Below, piece after piece: positions 19,403 to 28,870 of a DNA stretch of 64,000 nucleotides. Position 1 is the stretch's first letter. Every line of letters begins with the position of its first letter. The notes beneath the pieces are model-generated. The model saw only the letters and a program-made list of their open reading frames with translations, was not told the origin of the DNA and ran no database searches. A program made the translations under genes and the position numbers. This DNA comes from Acidimicrobiia bacterium (GTDB taxonomy: Bacteria; Actinomycetota; Acidimicrobiia; Spongiisociales; UBA5794), in contig QJWC01000028.1 of NCBI GenBank assembly GCA_003235475.1, positions 1,188 through 65,187 of the forward strand. Reading direction: 5' to 3'.

Positions 19403-19655
19403 GGGTGGTCCTTGGGGTCGAAAGACGGTCGCGGCGACGAAACACGGTCATCGTGCGGGGTCTTCGGTGCGGGAAGGGCGGGTTTTCTACCGCAAACGGG
19501 CGCGCGCGAAGACCGGCGAGGCTGTGTTCGGCGTGATCAGCCGTCTCATCCCGTCTCCTTGGTCGCAAACCCGATCCTCAGGACCGGAGATGCAATGGTC
19601 GCGGATCGTGTCGGAACTGTCAAGCCAATGCGCATCGTCGACCATCCACGGCCCG

Positions 19656-20465
19656 CTAGAGCACGTGGACGACGAACACGGCGCCGAGCATCGCCAGGCT
19701 GTTCGTGCCGATGTGGGCGAGGATCGATGCGGCCGTGCTGTTGGCGTAGAGCCTGATCCACAGGAAGGCCAGACCGGCGAGCATCGTTCCGCCAACGGCT
19801 CCGACGATGGCGATGACGAAGCCCGCGATTCCCGAGAACAGGTCGCCCGCCGGATTCACCTTCAACGTGTCGATCGTCGGGAGGATGTGCCAGAAACCGA
19901 AGAGCAACGACGTCCACAGCGCCGCGATGAGCGGCGAGTTGCGGCGCACGAGCATGCCGAAGACGATTCCCCTGAAGAGCACCTCCTCGTAGAACGCGGT
20001 GGCTATCGGGATGCGGATCAGCGCCTGGGCCAACGCCCACCAGAGAGAGTGCTCGATCACGCGGTCGTCCTTGAAGATCTCGCGCGTGGAAGGAATCGCA
20101 ATCGCCAGGACCACTCCGACGGCGATGACGCCCATCACGAGGAGGCCGACCCGAGTGCCCCTGCGAACACGGTCCCCCCTGAGGCCCATCGACGTCCACG
20201 AGGTGCCTGCTCGCCGGCCGATGAACAGCGCGACGGCGAGGACCCCGAGGTTGAAGGGGATGTGCCAGACGTCGGAGAGCACCTTGTTGGCGATGACGTT
20301 GGCGTAGGACGCAAGGCCGACGATCGCAAGGAGGTGGAACAGGTGGGCCTTGTGTGGCGTAGGTGGCTTGCGGAGCCATGTCGACGGCTTCCACATCACA
20401 TCCCAGTCGCGCAACGGCCACGACCAGAACGCCACCTGCTCCGTTGCGCCGCGATCCTGGGTCAT
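19656..20465 (-). CDS. CPBP family intramembrane glutamic endopeptidase (CAAX protease-like)
   Basis: Motifs EEVLFRG, FGFWH and HIGTN. Trimmed to ATG 20465. Confidence 0.85.
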   Translation of the reverse strand: MTQDRGATEQVAFWSWPLRDWDVMWKPSTWLRKPPTPHKAHLFHLLAIVGLASYANVIANKVLSDVWHIPFNLGVLAVALFIGRRAGTSWTSMGLRGDRVRRGTRVGLLVMGVIAVGVVLAIAIPSTREIFKDDRVIEHSLWWALAQALIRIPIATAFYEEVLFRGIVFGMLVRRNSPLIAALWTSLLFGFWHILPTIDTLKVNPAGDLFSGIAGFVIAIVGAVGGTMLAGLAFLWIRLYANSTAASILAHIGTNSLAMLGAVFVVHVL

Positions 20466-20495
20466 CGTGCGAAATCCTAGGGAGGTGAACGTGCG

Positions 20496-21110
20496 GTGTA
20501 CGGGGTCGATGTCAGCGCCTACGCTTTGTTCGTGCCCCTCTTCCACACTTTCAAGCAGACGGTCCTCGACCTCGGACGCGGTGAGGCCAAGGCGAAGGCT
20601 CGACCGCTCACGATCGGCGATGAGACGATCGATCGATCCGCAGCTGGTCTCGACCGCCGTGTGAGCGAGCGGGCCGTCCAATTCTGGCTGCTGTCCGATA
20701 GGGCGCTCTTCCTCGTTGTCGGCACCGACAGCGATGACCACGCGTACCGGATCCCTTTTGAGGCCATTGACGAGATCACGCTCGAATACGACGAAGCGGC
20801 AGACTTCCTCCCGTGGCACATGCGCGTGGCCCTTCGAGTGGACGGGCCGGGATCCATCACGAGAGTTCCTCCCGGCGCTCCTGTCGAACTTCCCGTGGGA
20901 GCGATCGCCCCGGAGGTCGTCATTGGCGTGGACCGGGATCGACTCGCCCAGGGCGGCGTGATGCCGCTTTCGGGCTTCGTCGCCGCCGGGAGGAGGTTCC
21001 GGGGCGCGCTCGAGCGTCGTATGGAACTCGCGGGTCGTCCCCTCATGGTGAAGGGAGCCGAAGCGGCGGAGCGCGCGCGCTTCAAGCGACAGGACCGAAA
21101 GGCCGGCTGA
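20496..21110 (+). CDS. Hypothetical protein
   Basis: Strong GC3 codon bias. GTG start lies 10 nt after AGGGAGG. The competing antisense 389-aa ORF is Ser/Arg/Thr-rich junk. No family recognised. Confidence 0.5.
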   Translation: MYGVDVSAYALFVPLFHTFKQTVLDLGRGEAKAKARPLTIGDETIDRSAAGLDRRVSERAVQFWLLSDRALFLVVGTDSDDHAYRIPFEAIDEITLEYDEAADFLPWHMRVALRVDGPGSITRVPPGAPVELPVGAIAPEVVIGVDRDRLAQGGVMPLSGFVAAGRRFRGALERRMELAGRPLMVKGAEAAERARFKRQDRKAG

Positions 21111-21113
21111 GAT

Positions 21114-22790
21114 CTAGTCGATGGATCGCGCCTCGTCCGGCAGCAGGAACCAACGGAGATCCTCGAACGACGCAGTCGCCTCGATGGGTGCCTGAGCGGG
21201 TGCAAGGGTCGGATCGACAGCGTTGAAGAGCCGCCTCGCTTCGTCGAGGTATGTGGCGAGGGCGGCATCCGGAGCGGTCTTCGAACTCTCCGTGAACCGC
21301 ATCGTCCCGTCGTCGTATGACACGTCGTGGAGCGACAGCGACGCGGAGCCCGGGCCGTCGACGTGATGCCACGCAGCCGTTGCAAGGTCGAACGTGTACC
21401 ACGGCAGCAGCTTCCATCCCTCGTTGGCGACCATGTGGACGGCGTCCACGATGAACTGGAAGACGTCCTCGCTGATGAAGTAGTTGAAGTTGACCCTGAT
21501 CCAGCCGGGTTTGATGCCCTCGCAGCCGAGGAGCACCTCGTGGCTGATCTCGTTCGAATGCTCGAGGTCGATGCCGAGCAGCGAGTGCCCGTAGGGGCCG
21601 GCGCACGAGCAGCCACCCCTCGACTGGATACCGAAGAGGTCGTTGAGCAGCGAAACGACGAAGTTGTGGTGGAGGTAGCGGTTTCCACGCCTGACGACGA
21701 ACGAGACGATGCTCAGCCGGTCGGCGTCGTGGTTCCCGAGCACCTCGATGTTGGGGTTCTGCTCCCACGACGAGATCGCCCTTCGGATGAAGTCCTCTTC
21801 GAGGGTCCGGATCCGCTCCGAGCCGACGGCCTCCTTCAGCTGGAAGACCAGTCCTGCCCTGATCGACTCGACGATTGCAGGCGTACCACCCTCCTCCCGA
21901 TGCTCGATGTCGCTGAGGTACTCGTGATGGTCCGGCTGGACGAACGCAACGGTCCCTCCGCCAGGCACTGAAGGGACGGCGTTCGTGAACAATTCCTTGC
22001 GGGCAACGAGGATGCCGGGTGTTCCCGGGCCCCCGATCAGCTTGTGAGTGGAGATGAAGATGGCGTCCTTGTACGCGGACGGACGGTCCTCGGGTGCCAT
22101 GTCGATCGCCACGTACGGTGCTGCCGCTGCGAAGTCCCAGAAGGAGAGTGCGCCGTGTTCGTGCAGGAGGTCGGCGATGCCCCTCGTGTCCGAGATGATC
22201 CCCGTGACGTTCGACGCTGCCGAGAAGGAGCCGATCTTGAGGGGCCGATCCGCGTAGCGCTCGAGTTCGGCTGCAAGCTGGTCCTGGTTGATGTGCCCGT
22301 CCGCGTCCTCGCCGATCTTGACCACCTGGGCGATGGACTCCCGCCACGGAAGCTCGTTCGAGTGGTGTTCGAACGGCCCGATGAAGACGACGGGCCGTTC
22401 GTCATCAGGGATGTGTGATGACAGGCCGTACGCCTCGTCGAGGGATTGCGGAAGGTGCAGGCCGAGCACGCGGATCATCCGGTCGATCGCCCCCGTGCAT
22501 CCGCTTCCCGTGAAGAGCACTGCGTGCTCGTCGTTCGCGTTCACGCACTTGCGGATGATCTCCCGTGCGTCCTCGCGGAATCGGGATGTCTGCAGACCGG
22601 TTCCGGACGACTCGGTGTGGGTGTTCGCGTAGAGCGGGAGCACGACGTCCCTTATGTAATCCTCGAGGAACGAGAGCGATCTGCCAGACGCCGTGTAGTC
22701 GGCATACGTGACCCGCCTCGGCCCGAAAGGGCCGGGAACGACGTGGTCGTTGCCGATGACGGAATCCCGGATCGTCTCGATGATGTCCAT
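21114..22790 (-). CDS. Aminotransferase class V-fold PLP-dependent enzyme (cysteine desulfurase-like, long form)
   Basis: YADYTASGRSL, HTESSGTG, and the PLP-Lys context STHKLIGGPGTPG. Confidence 0.85.
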   Translation of the reverse strand: MDIIETIRDSVIGNDHVVPGPFGPRRVTYADYTASGRSLSFLEDYIRDVVLPLYANTHTESSGTGLQTSRFREDAREIIRKCVNANDEHAVLFTGSGCTGAIDRMIRVLGLHLPQSLDEAYGLSSHIPDDERPVVFIGPFEHHSNELPWRESIAQVVKIGEDADGHINQDQLAAELERYADRPLKIGSFSAASNVTGIISDTRGIADLLHEHGALSFWDFAAAAPYVAIDMAPEDRPSAYKDAIFISTHKLIGGPGTPGILVARKELFTNAVPSVPGGGTVAFVQPDHHEYLSDIEHREEGGTPAIVESIRAGLVFQLKEAVGSERIRTLEEDFIRRAISSWEQNPNIEVLGNHDADRLSIVSFVVRRGNRYLHHNFVVSLLNDLFGIQSRGGCSCAGPYGHSLLGIDLEHSNEISHEVLLGCEGIKPGWIRVNFNYFISEDVFQFIVDAVHMVANEGWKLLPWYTFDLATAAWHHVDGPGSASLSLHDVSYDDGTMRFTESSKTAPDAALATYLDEARRLFNAVDPTLAPAQAPIEATASFEDLRWFLLPDEARSID

Positions 22791-22843
22791 ATGGGGAACG
22801 GTATCAGGATCGACCCCGTCGACAGGTCGAGGCGGGCGGGAAC

Positions 22844-23425
22844 CTATGCCAGAAGTGCACCTTCGCGGACGAGCAGGTCACGCTTGATCTCGGCTCCGAA
22901 CGCATACTGGCCGACGGAACCGTCGCTGCGGACGACCCTGTGGCACGGCACGAGCAGGGGGATCGGATTGTGGCCGAGCGCCGTGCCGACGGCCCGAACC
23001 GATCCGGGGTTGTTGATCTGCTCGGCGATCCACCCATACGGTCGGACCGTGCCAGCCGGAATCGTGGCGCACACAGCGAGGACGCCTTGCTGGTAGGAAC
23101 TCAGCCCCCGCCAGTCGATGGGCAGTCCGACGGTCTGGCCCTCGAATAGACCGGACTCGACGGCGTCCGTCAGGTCAGAGGGGAGAGTCGAGCTCTCGTA
23201 CACGCCGCGACGGTGGAAGCCCGCGAACTCTTCGAACGTCGCGGATTCGAACAAGGGCGAAAGCGCCGTGATCCCTCGCGGGCTCCACGACACCCACACG
23301 GGGCCGATCGGGCTATCGGTCCGCGCTGCACGGTCTGCTGCTCCCGCACTGACCAGGGTCCTCATCTCGAGGTCATCTGGTGGCGTTGCTTCCAGGTCGA
23401 TGAGTTCCGTGATGATGTCGTTCAT
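22844..23425 (-). CDS. ogt: Methylated-DNA-[protein]-cysteine S-methyltransferase
   Basis: IPAGTVRPYGWIA...RAVGTALGHNPIPLLVPCHRVV, with an intact PCHR active site. ATGA overlap with the upstream sigma factor gene. Confidence 0.9.
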   Translation of the reverse strand: MNDIITELIDLEATPPDDLEMRTLVSAGAADRAARTDSPIGPVWVSWSPRGITALSPLFESATFEEFAGFHRRGVYESSTLPSDLTDAVESGLFEGQTVGLPIDWRGLSSYQQGVLAVCATIPAGTVRPYGWIAEQINNPGSVRAVGTALGHNPIPLLVPCHRVVRSDGSVGQYAFGAEIKRDLLVREGALLA

Positions 23426-24027
23426 GTGAGTGCCTCCGCTTCGAGGGTCCTGCGCAGCCTGGCGAGGCCGCGCGAAATGTCTGCTTTCACCGTGCCCTCG
23501 GCACGGCCGGTGATGTCGGCGATCTCCGCTATCGGGAGGTCAGCCACGTGGCGAAGGACGACCGCGGTGCGCTGTGGGGCGGTCAGTGCCTCGAGTCGCC
23601 GGTTCCAATCGCCATAGTCGTGGTCGTCCTCGGTTCCGACGTGGTGGCGGTCTTCAAGGGGTGTCTGGGGTTTCCGTCCTTTTGCCGTCGACCGGCACAG
23701 GTTGATGGCGATGGTCCACAACCACGGCCGGAGCCGAAGCGCATCGATCCGCTCGTCGTCATAGGACTCGAGCGCCCTGTACGCCCGAAGGAACGCCTCC
23801 TGCGCGACGTCGGCCGCATCGTCCCTGTTTCTCAGCAGGCGAAGCGAACCGGCGTAGATCCCCGGCTGGAGGGCGCGAACGAGCTCCGTGAAACCCAGAT
23901 CGAGATCGCGCCGAATGGCACGCTTGATCGCTTCGTCGGAGGGTGGTTGGCTCCCCATACCCATAAGAACCCCGCGCCTGCCCGAACGGTTGCAGACGAT
24001 GTCGAATATATCCGGGGGCCGCGGCAT
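23422..24027 (-). CDS. ECF-type RNA polymerase sigma-70 factor
   Basis: Region 2 DVAQEAFLRAY...PWLWTIAIN. Region 4 LTAPQRTAVVLRHVADLPIAEIADITGRAEGTVKADISRGL. The start may instead be ATG 23964 or 23958. Confidence 0.88.
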   Translation of the reverse strand: MPRPPDIFDIVCNRSGRRGVLMGMGSQPPSDEAIKRAIRRDLDLGFTELVRALQPGIYAGSLRLLRNRDDAADVAQEAFLRAYRALESYDDERIDALRLRPWLWTIAINLCRSTAKGRKPQTPLEDRHHVGTEDDHDYGDWNRRLEALTAPQRTAVVLRHVADLPIAEIADITGRAEGTVKADISRGLARLRRTLEAEALT

Positions 24028-24039
24028 AGGCTCGCCGCG

Positions 24040-24933
24040 GTGAGTTCATCCAGCGCGCGTACCGGCATCTTCGTTGCCCTGACCGGTGCCCTCCTCTTCG
24101 CGATCGCTGGCGTGATCGCCGCTGGCGTGTTCGACACCGTGAGTCCTGCCAGGACCGCGCAGAGCCGAGCGGTGATCGCCGCGGTGGTCCTGCTCGGGTA
24201 CGGGGCCTTCCGCAGACGGCTCGCTCTTGGACGCCACCTTTGGAGGTTCGCCGTGATCGGCGTGATCATCGCGGCGTTGACGGTGGCGTACTACGAGTCC
24301 ATCGCCAGGCTTGGTGTCGGGCCCGGTATCACGATCGAGTTCCTGGCTCCCGTGCTCGTGCTGGCGTGGATCGCGACCGTTCGCGGAGAACGTGTTCGCC
24401 CGGCGGTCTGGGTGGCCGCCGTCGCCGCAGTGACGGGGGTCGGATTCGTGACCAGGGCATGGCAGGCAGACGGCGGGGACCTGGTCGGCATCGGGTTCGG
24501 CCTTGCCGCCGCGGCGCTGTACGCGGCGTACATCCTTCTGGGCGAGCGGCTGAGTGCCGAGCATCACCCACTGGCCATCGGAGCGTGGGGGTTCACGTTC
24601 GCCGCAGTGTTCTGGCTCGTCGTGCTTCCGCCGTGGACATTCCCTTGGGACGAAGCGGGCGGCGTCGGGCTCGAGCTCGTGGCGATCGGCGTGCTCGGAA
24701 CCGCGATTCCGTTCGTCCTCTCGTTTGTTGCGCTGTCGCTTGCTTCGCCGGGCGTCATCGGCGTGGTCCTCACCGCTGAGCCCCCTTTCGCGGCGATCCT
24801 CGCCGCAATGTTCCTCGACCAACATCTGGTGCCGATCCAGTGGATCGGCGTGGTCCTCGTCGCGATAGCGGTGTCGGCGATGCAGCGCTTCGGGGACGCT
24901 CCGCTCGCCTCCGATCAGCCAGCGGTGACCTGA
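24040..24933 (+). CDS. EamA/DMT family transporter
   Basis: Ten-TM pattern with two EamA-like halves. GTG start at 24040 is in frame with the long ORF. Confidence 0.8.
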   Translation: MSSSSARTGIFVALTGALLFAIAGVIAAGVFDTVSPARTAQSRAVIAAVVLLGYGAFRRRLALGRHLWRFAVIGVIIAALTVAYYESIARLGVGPGITIEFLAPVLVLAWIATVRGERVRPAVWVAAVAAVTGVGFVTRAWQADGGDLVGIGFGLAAAALYAAYILLGERLSAEHHPLAIGAWGFTFAAVFWLVVLPPWTFPWDEAGGVGLELVAIGVLGTAIPFVLSFVALSLASPGVIGVVLTAEPPFAAILAAMFLDQHLVPIQWIGVVLVAIAVSAMQRFGDAPLASDQPAVT

Positions 24934-24967
24934 GTGTCACGTCACGAGCCGGTGGTAGGTTGACCGC

Positions 24968-25417
24968 ATGAGAGTCCTCAAGCGGCTCGCGATTGCCTGG
25001 TTCGCCTTCGTGCTCGGTGGATTCATCGCGGCGCTCGCTGTCCGCAGGCTGGTTCCCGAACACGGGACCGAGGAGGACGACTTCGTATCGATCGTCGCCG
25101 CGGCCGGTGGTCGCGAGTTCGTGAGCCGGGCAGGGGACCTCCACCACGTCGAGGTCCTTGCAGTCATGGGAGGCGTGATGCTCGATCTGAGGCAGGCGCA
25201 CATCGAAGAGGCAGCGACGCTCGATCTCAAGATCTACGCGGGCGGCATCGACGTCGTCGTGCCCCGAGGGTGGCGGGTCGAGGCGTCGTCGAACGTGGTG
25301 ATGGGCGGCTTCGAGAACCGATCGGATCCCGATGTCGACCCCGATGCGCCGCTGCTGATCGTCGATGCATCCATCGTCATGGGTGGTAGCGAGATCCACC
25401 AAGTGGAGGTCGGCTGA
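24968..25417 (+). CDS. Membrane protein with LiaF-like C-terminal domain (tentative)
   Basis: N-terminal TM LAIAWFAFVLGGFIAALAV. A beta-rich repeat follows: GGVMLDL...GGIDVVVP...MGGFE...MGGSEI. Confidence 0.5.
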   Translation: MRVLKRLAIAWFAFVLGGFIAALAVRRLVPEHGTEEDDFVSIVAAAGGREFVSRAGDLHHVEVLAVMGGVMLDLRQAHIEEAATLDLKIYAGGIDVVVPRGWRVEASSNVVMGGFENRSDPDVDPDAPLLIVDASIVMGGSEIHQVEVG

Positions 25418-25980
25418 TGGCGGTCGACATTGCCTCGACGATCACGTACCTGAAGGACCATGCGATCGAGCACGGTTTCCACGTCCACGACGAACGCCAC
25501 TTCGTCGAGACGTACACGCTTCGCCAGGCGTGGGAGGTCGATGTGCACCCGGCCGAAGCGTGCAACGGCCCCCTCGACCTGCACATCTCGCTCGACATCG
25601 AGCCGAGGCTTCTACTGGACTTCGAGGAGTTGTTGGACGACACGCCAGATGTGCCGGAGGATCCGGACGGCAAGTTCTCAGTGACGTTCTACTTCAACTG
25701 GGCCCTGCCGACCATGCAGCGGCCGCCGGATCTGATCGTCCTCTCAGCCGAGCTCGCGGGTATCGGAGGGATCGACCTCCCGATCGAGGTCAGCTCGGTG
25801 CGTTCGATGGGTGCGTTGTCGCCCGCGGACGACGAGCGGCTTTCGATCGTCGGCGTCGCCAACAGGTCGCTCGTAGACGTGATGTTCCAGCAGGACTCCC
25901 TGTGCGAGGTGCTCGACCGTGTCCACGACGTGTCGATGTACATGCTCGAGCACGCCCACGAGTGGACGGACGAAGCCTGA
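25417..25980 (+). CDS. Hypothetical acidic protein
   Basis: TGATG coupling to the previous gene and good codon bias. No family recognised. Confidence 0.55.
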   Translation: MAVDIASTITYLKDHAIEHGFHVHDERHFVETYTLRQAWEVDVHPAEACNGPLDLHISLDIEPRLLLDFEELLDDTPDVPEDPDGKFSVTFYFNWALPTMQRPPDLIVLSAELAGIGGIDLPIEVSSVRSMGALSPADDERLSIVGVANRSLVDVMFQQDSLCEVLDRVHDVSMYMLEHAHEWTDEA

Positions 25981-25990
25981 TCCCCGCTGG

Positions 25991-27685
25991 CTAGCGGTCG
26001 GCCCGCCCGACCTCTTCACGCTCGGGCACCCAGCGAACCGACACGGTCACGTCTCGGCCAGCTTCTTCGGCGATCCGCTGTGCCAGATCCACAGCTGGGG
26101 GTGGACGATCGGGGCCGACGAGTTGGACCTCGACCTCATGGTCTGAAATTGCGACATCGGCAACACGAAGTGTCGTGTCCTCGCCGAGCCACTCGAACAC
26201 AACCGAGTTGGCCGTGCGGAGGTCCGATGCCTGCTGCAGCACATTCTTGGCTGTGAGGCCGAGCGGAATCGAAATCACGATCACGCCGAGTACGACGGCA
26301 GCGAAGGACACGCGTATCCGGTTTCTCCGGTGGTACAGCCGCGACCACGACCCATAGCCGACGATGATGAACACGAGTCCCGCCATCAACAAGATCGAAA
26401 AGAAGTTCGTCAGAAACAGCAGGAACGCACCCTGTGCCTGACCGAACTCACGAGCGTGGAGCGCGAGACCGGTCACGGCGAGCGGTGGCACGAGTGCGAT
26501 CGCGACGGCGACGCCCGGGAGGGCGTCAGAAGAGTCAGCTCTCGATACGCCGTAAGCACCCGCCGCACCGGCGGCGATGGCGATGGCGAGGTCGAGTAAC
26601 GACGGAGCGGTCCGCGACAAGACTTGTGAGTTCTCCATGACCGTCTGAAGATCCGGGATGGTCGCGGCGAGCGCCCACGCAGAGAAGACTGCGCCACCGA
26701 CGCCAAGTCCAGTGATGGTTGCCGAGATCACGGTCGAACGACTCTTCCCATTGATGAGCCCAGCGCTGATGCCGAGGATCGGCGTCATGAGCGGGGCGAC
26801 GAGCATGGCGCCGATCACGACGGCGGTTGAGTCGGTGGCGATCCCGAACGTGGCGATGACGGTCGCGAGCAGCATCAGTATCGCGAACCGCCACACGCGG
26901 TCGTGGAGCGAACCGATGTGGAGGAACACGCGGGCATCGACCTCTTCGGCTTCGGCTGCATCCATCTCCTTCGATGACAGCCAATAGGTCACGATGGCGA
27001 AGGTGTCCGTTGGGTCAGCGCTGCCGAGCGATTCGCGATTGGACGCCGCCCACCAGACGCCGATCAACGCCCGTGCGATTGTGAACGCTGACATTCCGAC
27101 GATCGCGAACGAGATGGCGGCCTTCGGGAAGAGGAACGCGATCGCGGCGACAGCAAGCATGATCAGCCCCCGTACGAACACCCAGCTGTTCGACCCCTCT
27201 TCGTACCAACGCCGCAAACCAGCCCAGATGTCGAGGAGGCCCCTGAAGGCCAGGAGGGCCGCGGCGACGATTCCCGCCACGTTCACCGTCCGACCGGGCC
27301 ACAGGAGGAGGACCACACCCGCGACGACCACGGCCGCCGGTTGGAGATAGTGCTTCAAGGGGGCGCGACGCCTTGTCACGGAGATTGCCTCGAACAAGCC
27401 GAAGGCGACGAATGCGAGTCCGGCCATCTGCTCGAGCGAAGTGAACGCGTACGGGTCGGCTGCAAGCAAGAAGAGGATCGCGGCGCCGACCAGTCCTTGG
27501 GTGACGAGCGCGGCCAGACTTCCCGGCCTCCTGAGCTTGGCTTCGAGTTTCTGGGCTGTCGAAGGATCGCCCGCCTCACCGATCGCGTCGTCCGAAGCGG
27601 TCACGTCTTCGACGACCGTGACGGGTTCCAGCTCGCCCGTCGGGTCGTCCCCGTTGTCGTGGGTGATGCCGGGATCGTCAGTCAT
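25991..27685 (-). CDS. DUF389-type membrane protein with HdeD/DUF308-like N-terminal region
   Basis: Multiple TM helices, followed by a soluble tail after the last TM. Pattern recalled for TIGR00341-type proteins. Confidence 0.65.
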   Translation of the reverse strand: MTDDPGITHDNGDDPTGELEPVTVVEDVTASDDAIGEAGDPSTAQKLEAKLRRPGSLAALVTQGLVGAAILFLLAADPYAFTSLEQMAGLAFVAFGLFEAISVTRRRAPLKHYLQPAAVVVAGVVLLLWPGRTVNVAGIVAAALLAFRGLLDIWAGLRRWYEEGSNSWVFVRGLIMLAVAAIAFLFPKAAISFAIVGMSAFTIARALIGVWWAASNRESLGSADPTDTFAIVTYWLSSKEMDAAEAEEVDARVFLHIGSLHDRVWRFAILMLLATVIATFGIATDSTAVVIGAMLVAPLMTPILGISAGLINGKSRSTVISATITGLGVGGAVFSAWALAATIPDLQTVMENSQVLSRTAPSLLDLAIAIAAGAAGAYGVSRADSSDALPGVAVAIALVPPLAVTGLALHAREFGQAQGAFLLFLTNFFSILLMAGLVFIIVGYGSWSRLYHRRNRIRVSFAAVVLGVIVISIPLGLTAKNVLQQASDLRTANSVVFEWLGEDTTLRVADVAISDHEVEVQLVGPDRPPPAVDLAQRIAEEAGRDVTVSVRWVPEREEVGRADR

Positions 27686-27782
27686 GTCGGGGCAGCATAC
27701 GTGCCTGGCGGTCGGGGAACATGCGGAAGGGCATCCGCTACCGTTGCGGACCCTGATCGGGACTCACTGACGACGAGGTGCC

Positions 27783-28199
27783 ATGAGCTACGCAGGCGAC
27801 GTCACGCCACGCGACGCATTCGAGGCACTGTCGCGCGATCCGGCTGCGGTCCTCGTCGACGTCCGGACGCGTCCGGAGCTCGCGTACGTCGGCTACCCGG
27901 ATCTTTCCCCGATCGCGAAGCAGCTGGTACCGATCGAATGGCAGACCTTCCCGACTGGAGCGCAGAACGCTTCGTTCATCGAGGACCTCGAACGTTTCGG
28001 CGTCCCACGCGACGCTCCGGTCTTCTTCATCTGCCGCTCCGGTGCTCGATCTCGTTTCGCCGCCGTGGCCGCGACGGCAGCCGGTTATGTGTCAGCGTAC
28101 AACGTGGCTCACGGTTTCGAGGGCCCAACCGACGCGAACGGACACCGTGGGACGGCTGCCGGCTGGAAGGCCGAGGGCCTTCCGTGGAGGCAGTCCTAG
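27783..28199 (+). CDS. Rhodanese-like domain protein
   Basis: Active-site loop FFICRSGARS. Confidence 0.85.
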   Translation: MSYAGDVTPRDAFEALSRDPAAVLVDVRTRPELAYVGYPDLSPIAKQLVPIEWQTFPTGAQNASFIEDLERFGVPRDAPVFFICRSGARSRFAAVAATAAGYVSAYNVAHGFEGPTDANGHRGTAAGWKAEGLPWRQS

Positions 28200-28459
28200 T
28201 CGACGTAGCCGGCGCGGCGACGTCTGCGGCGCATGTAGCTCCATCCCTCGGCGAGAACGAACCCCAGGCCGAAGAAGATGATGAGCGTCACCCACAGCGG
28301 GAGGTTCAACTCGAACCAGAGGAACTCCATCGTTATGTTCTCCGTGTTCTGGAGGACGAAGACTGCCCCGAGGACGAGGAGCACACCCGCAACGATGAGC
28401 CAGATCGGGATTCCCGATTTGTCGCGATCCTGGGTGGGTGAGTGGCCGTGTTCGGTCAT
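28196..28459 (-). CDS. LapA/DUF1049-like small membrane protein
   Basis: VFVLQNTENITMEFLWFELNLPLWV, two TM helices and a basic tail RRRRRR. Confidence 0.6.
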   Translation of the reverse strand: MTEHGHSPTQDRDKSGIPIWLIVAGVLLVLGAVFVLQNTENITMEFLWFELNLPLWVTLIIFFGLGFVLAEGWSYMRRRRRRAGYVD

Positions 28460-28533
28460 ACCTCTCCTGTCGTCGTGGTCGCCATCATATTCGTCATGAT
28501 CACCGGCGGGCGCTGTGGCTAGAGTCTCCCACG

Positions 28534-28836
28534 ATGGGTGACACGGACATCATGGAGAGCGCCACCGAGGAACGCCGCACCTTGGGACTCGCCGACAAGA
28601 TCGTGATAGCGGTCGCCGTCGTCGGCGTGTTGGCCGCCGTGGCGTTCGCCTTTTCGTCGTCCGAACTTGCCTTCCTCGATGGGCACATGTTCGACGTCGT
28701 TTCCGCGACGTGGAGCAGTGATGCGACGGTAGGAGTCTTCGTTGCGCTCGGCATTGCCGCCATTGTCGGCGCGTTCGTCCTGATCCTCAGCCGGGCGACG
28801 ATCTCGCACAAAGAGCACGGGGACGAAGGCGAATAG
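28534..28836 (+). CDS. Small two-TM membrane protein (hypothetical)
   Basis: ATG 28534. Two hydrophobic helices. No family recognised. Confidence 0.45.
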   Translation: MGDTDIMESATEERRTLGLADKIVIAVAVVGVLAAVAFAFSSSELAFLDGHMFDVVSATWSSDATVGVFVALGIAAIVGAFVLILSRATISHKEHGDEGE

Positions 28837-28870
28837 TGCCCTCGGTTCGCTCATTGATATATCGGTTCCG

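Noticed and set aside
20519-22347. Minus-strand ORFs 20519-21688 (389 aa) and 21082-22347 (421 aa)
   Set aside because: They are Ser/Thr/Arg/Pro-rich out-of-frame shadows of the hypothetical plus-strand gene and of the class V aminotransferase.
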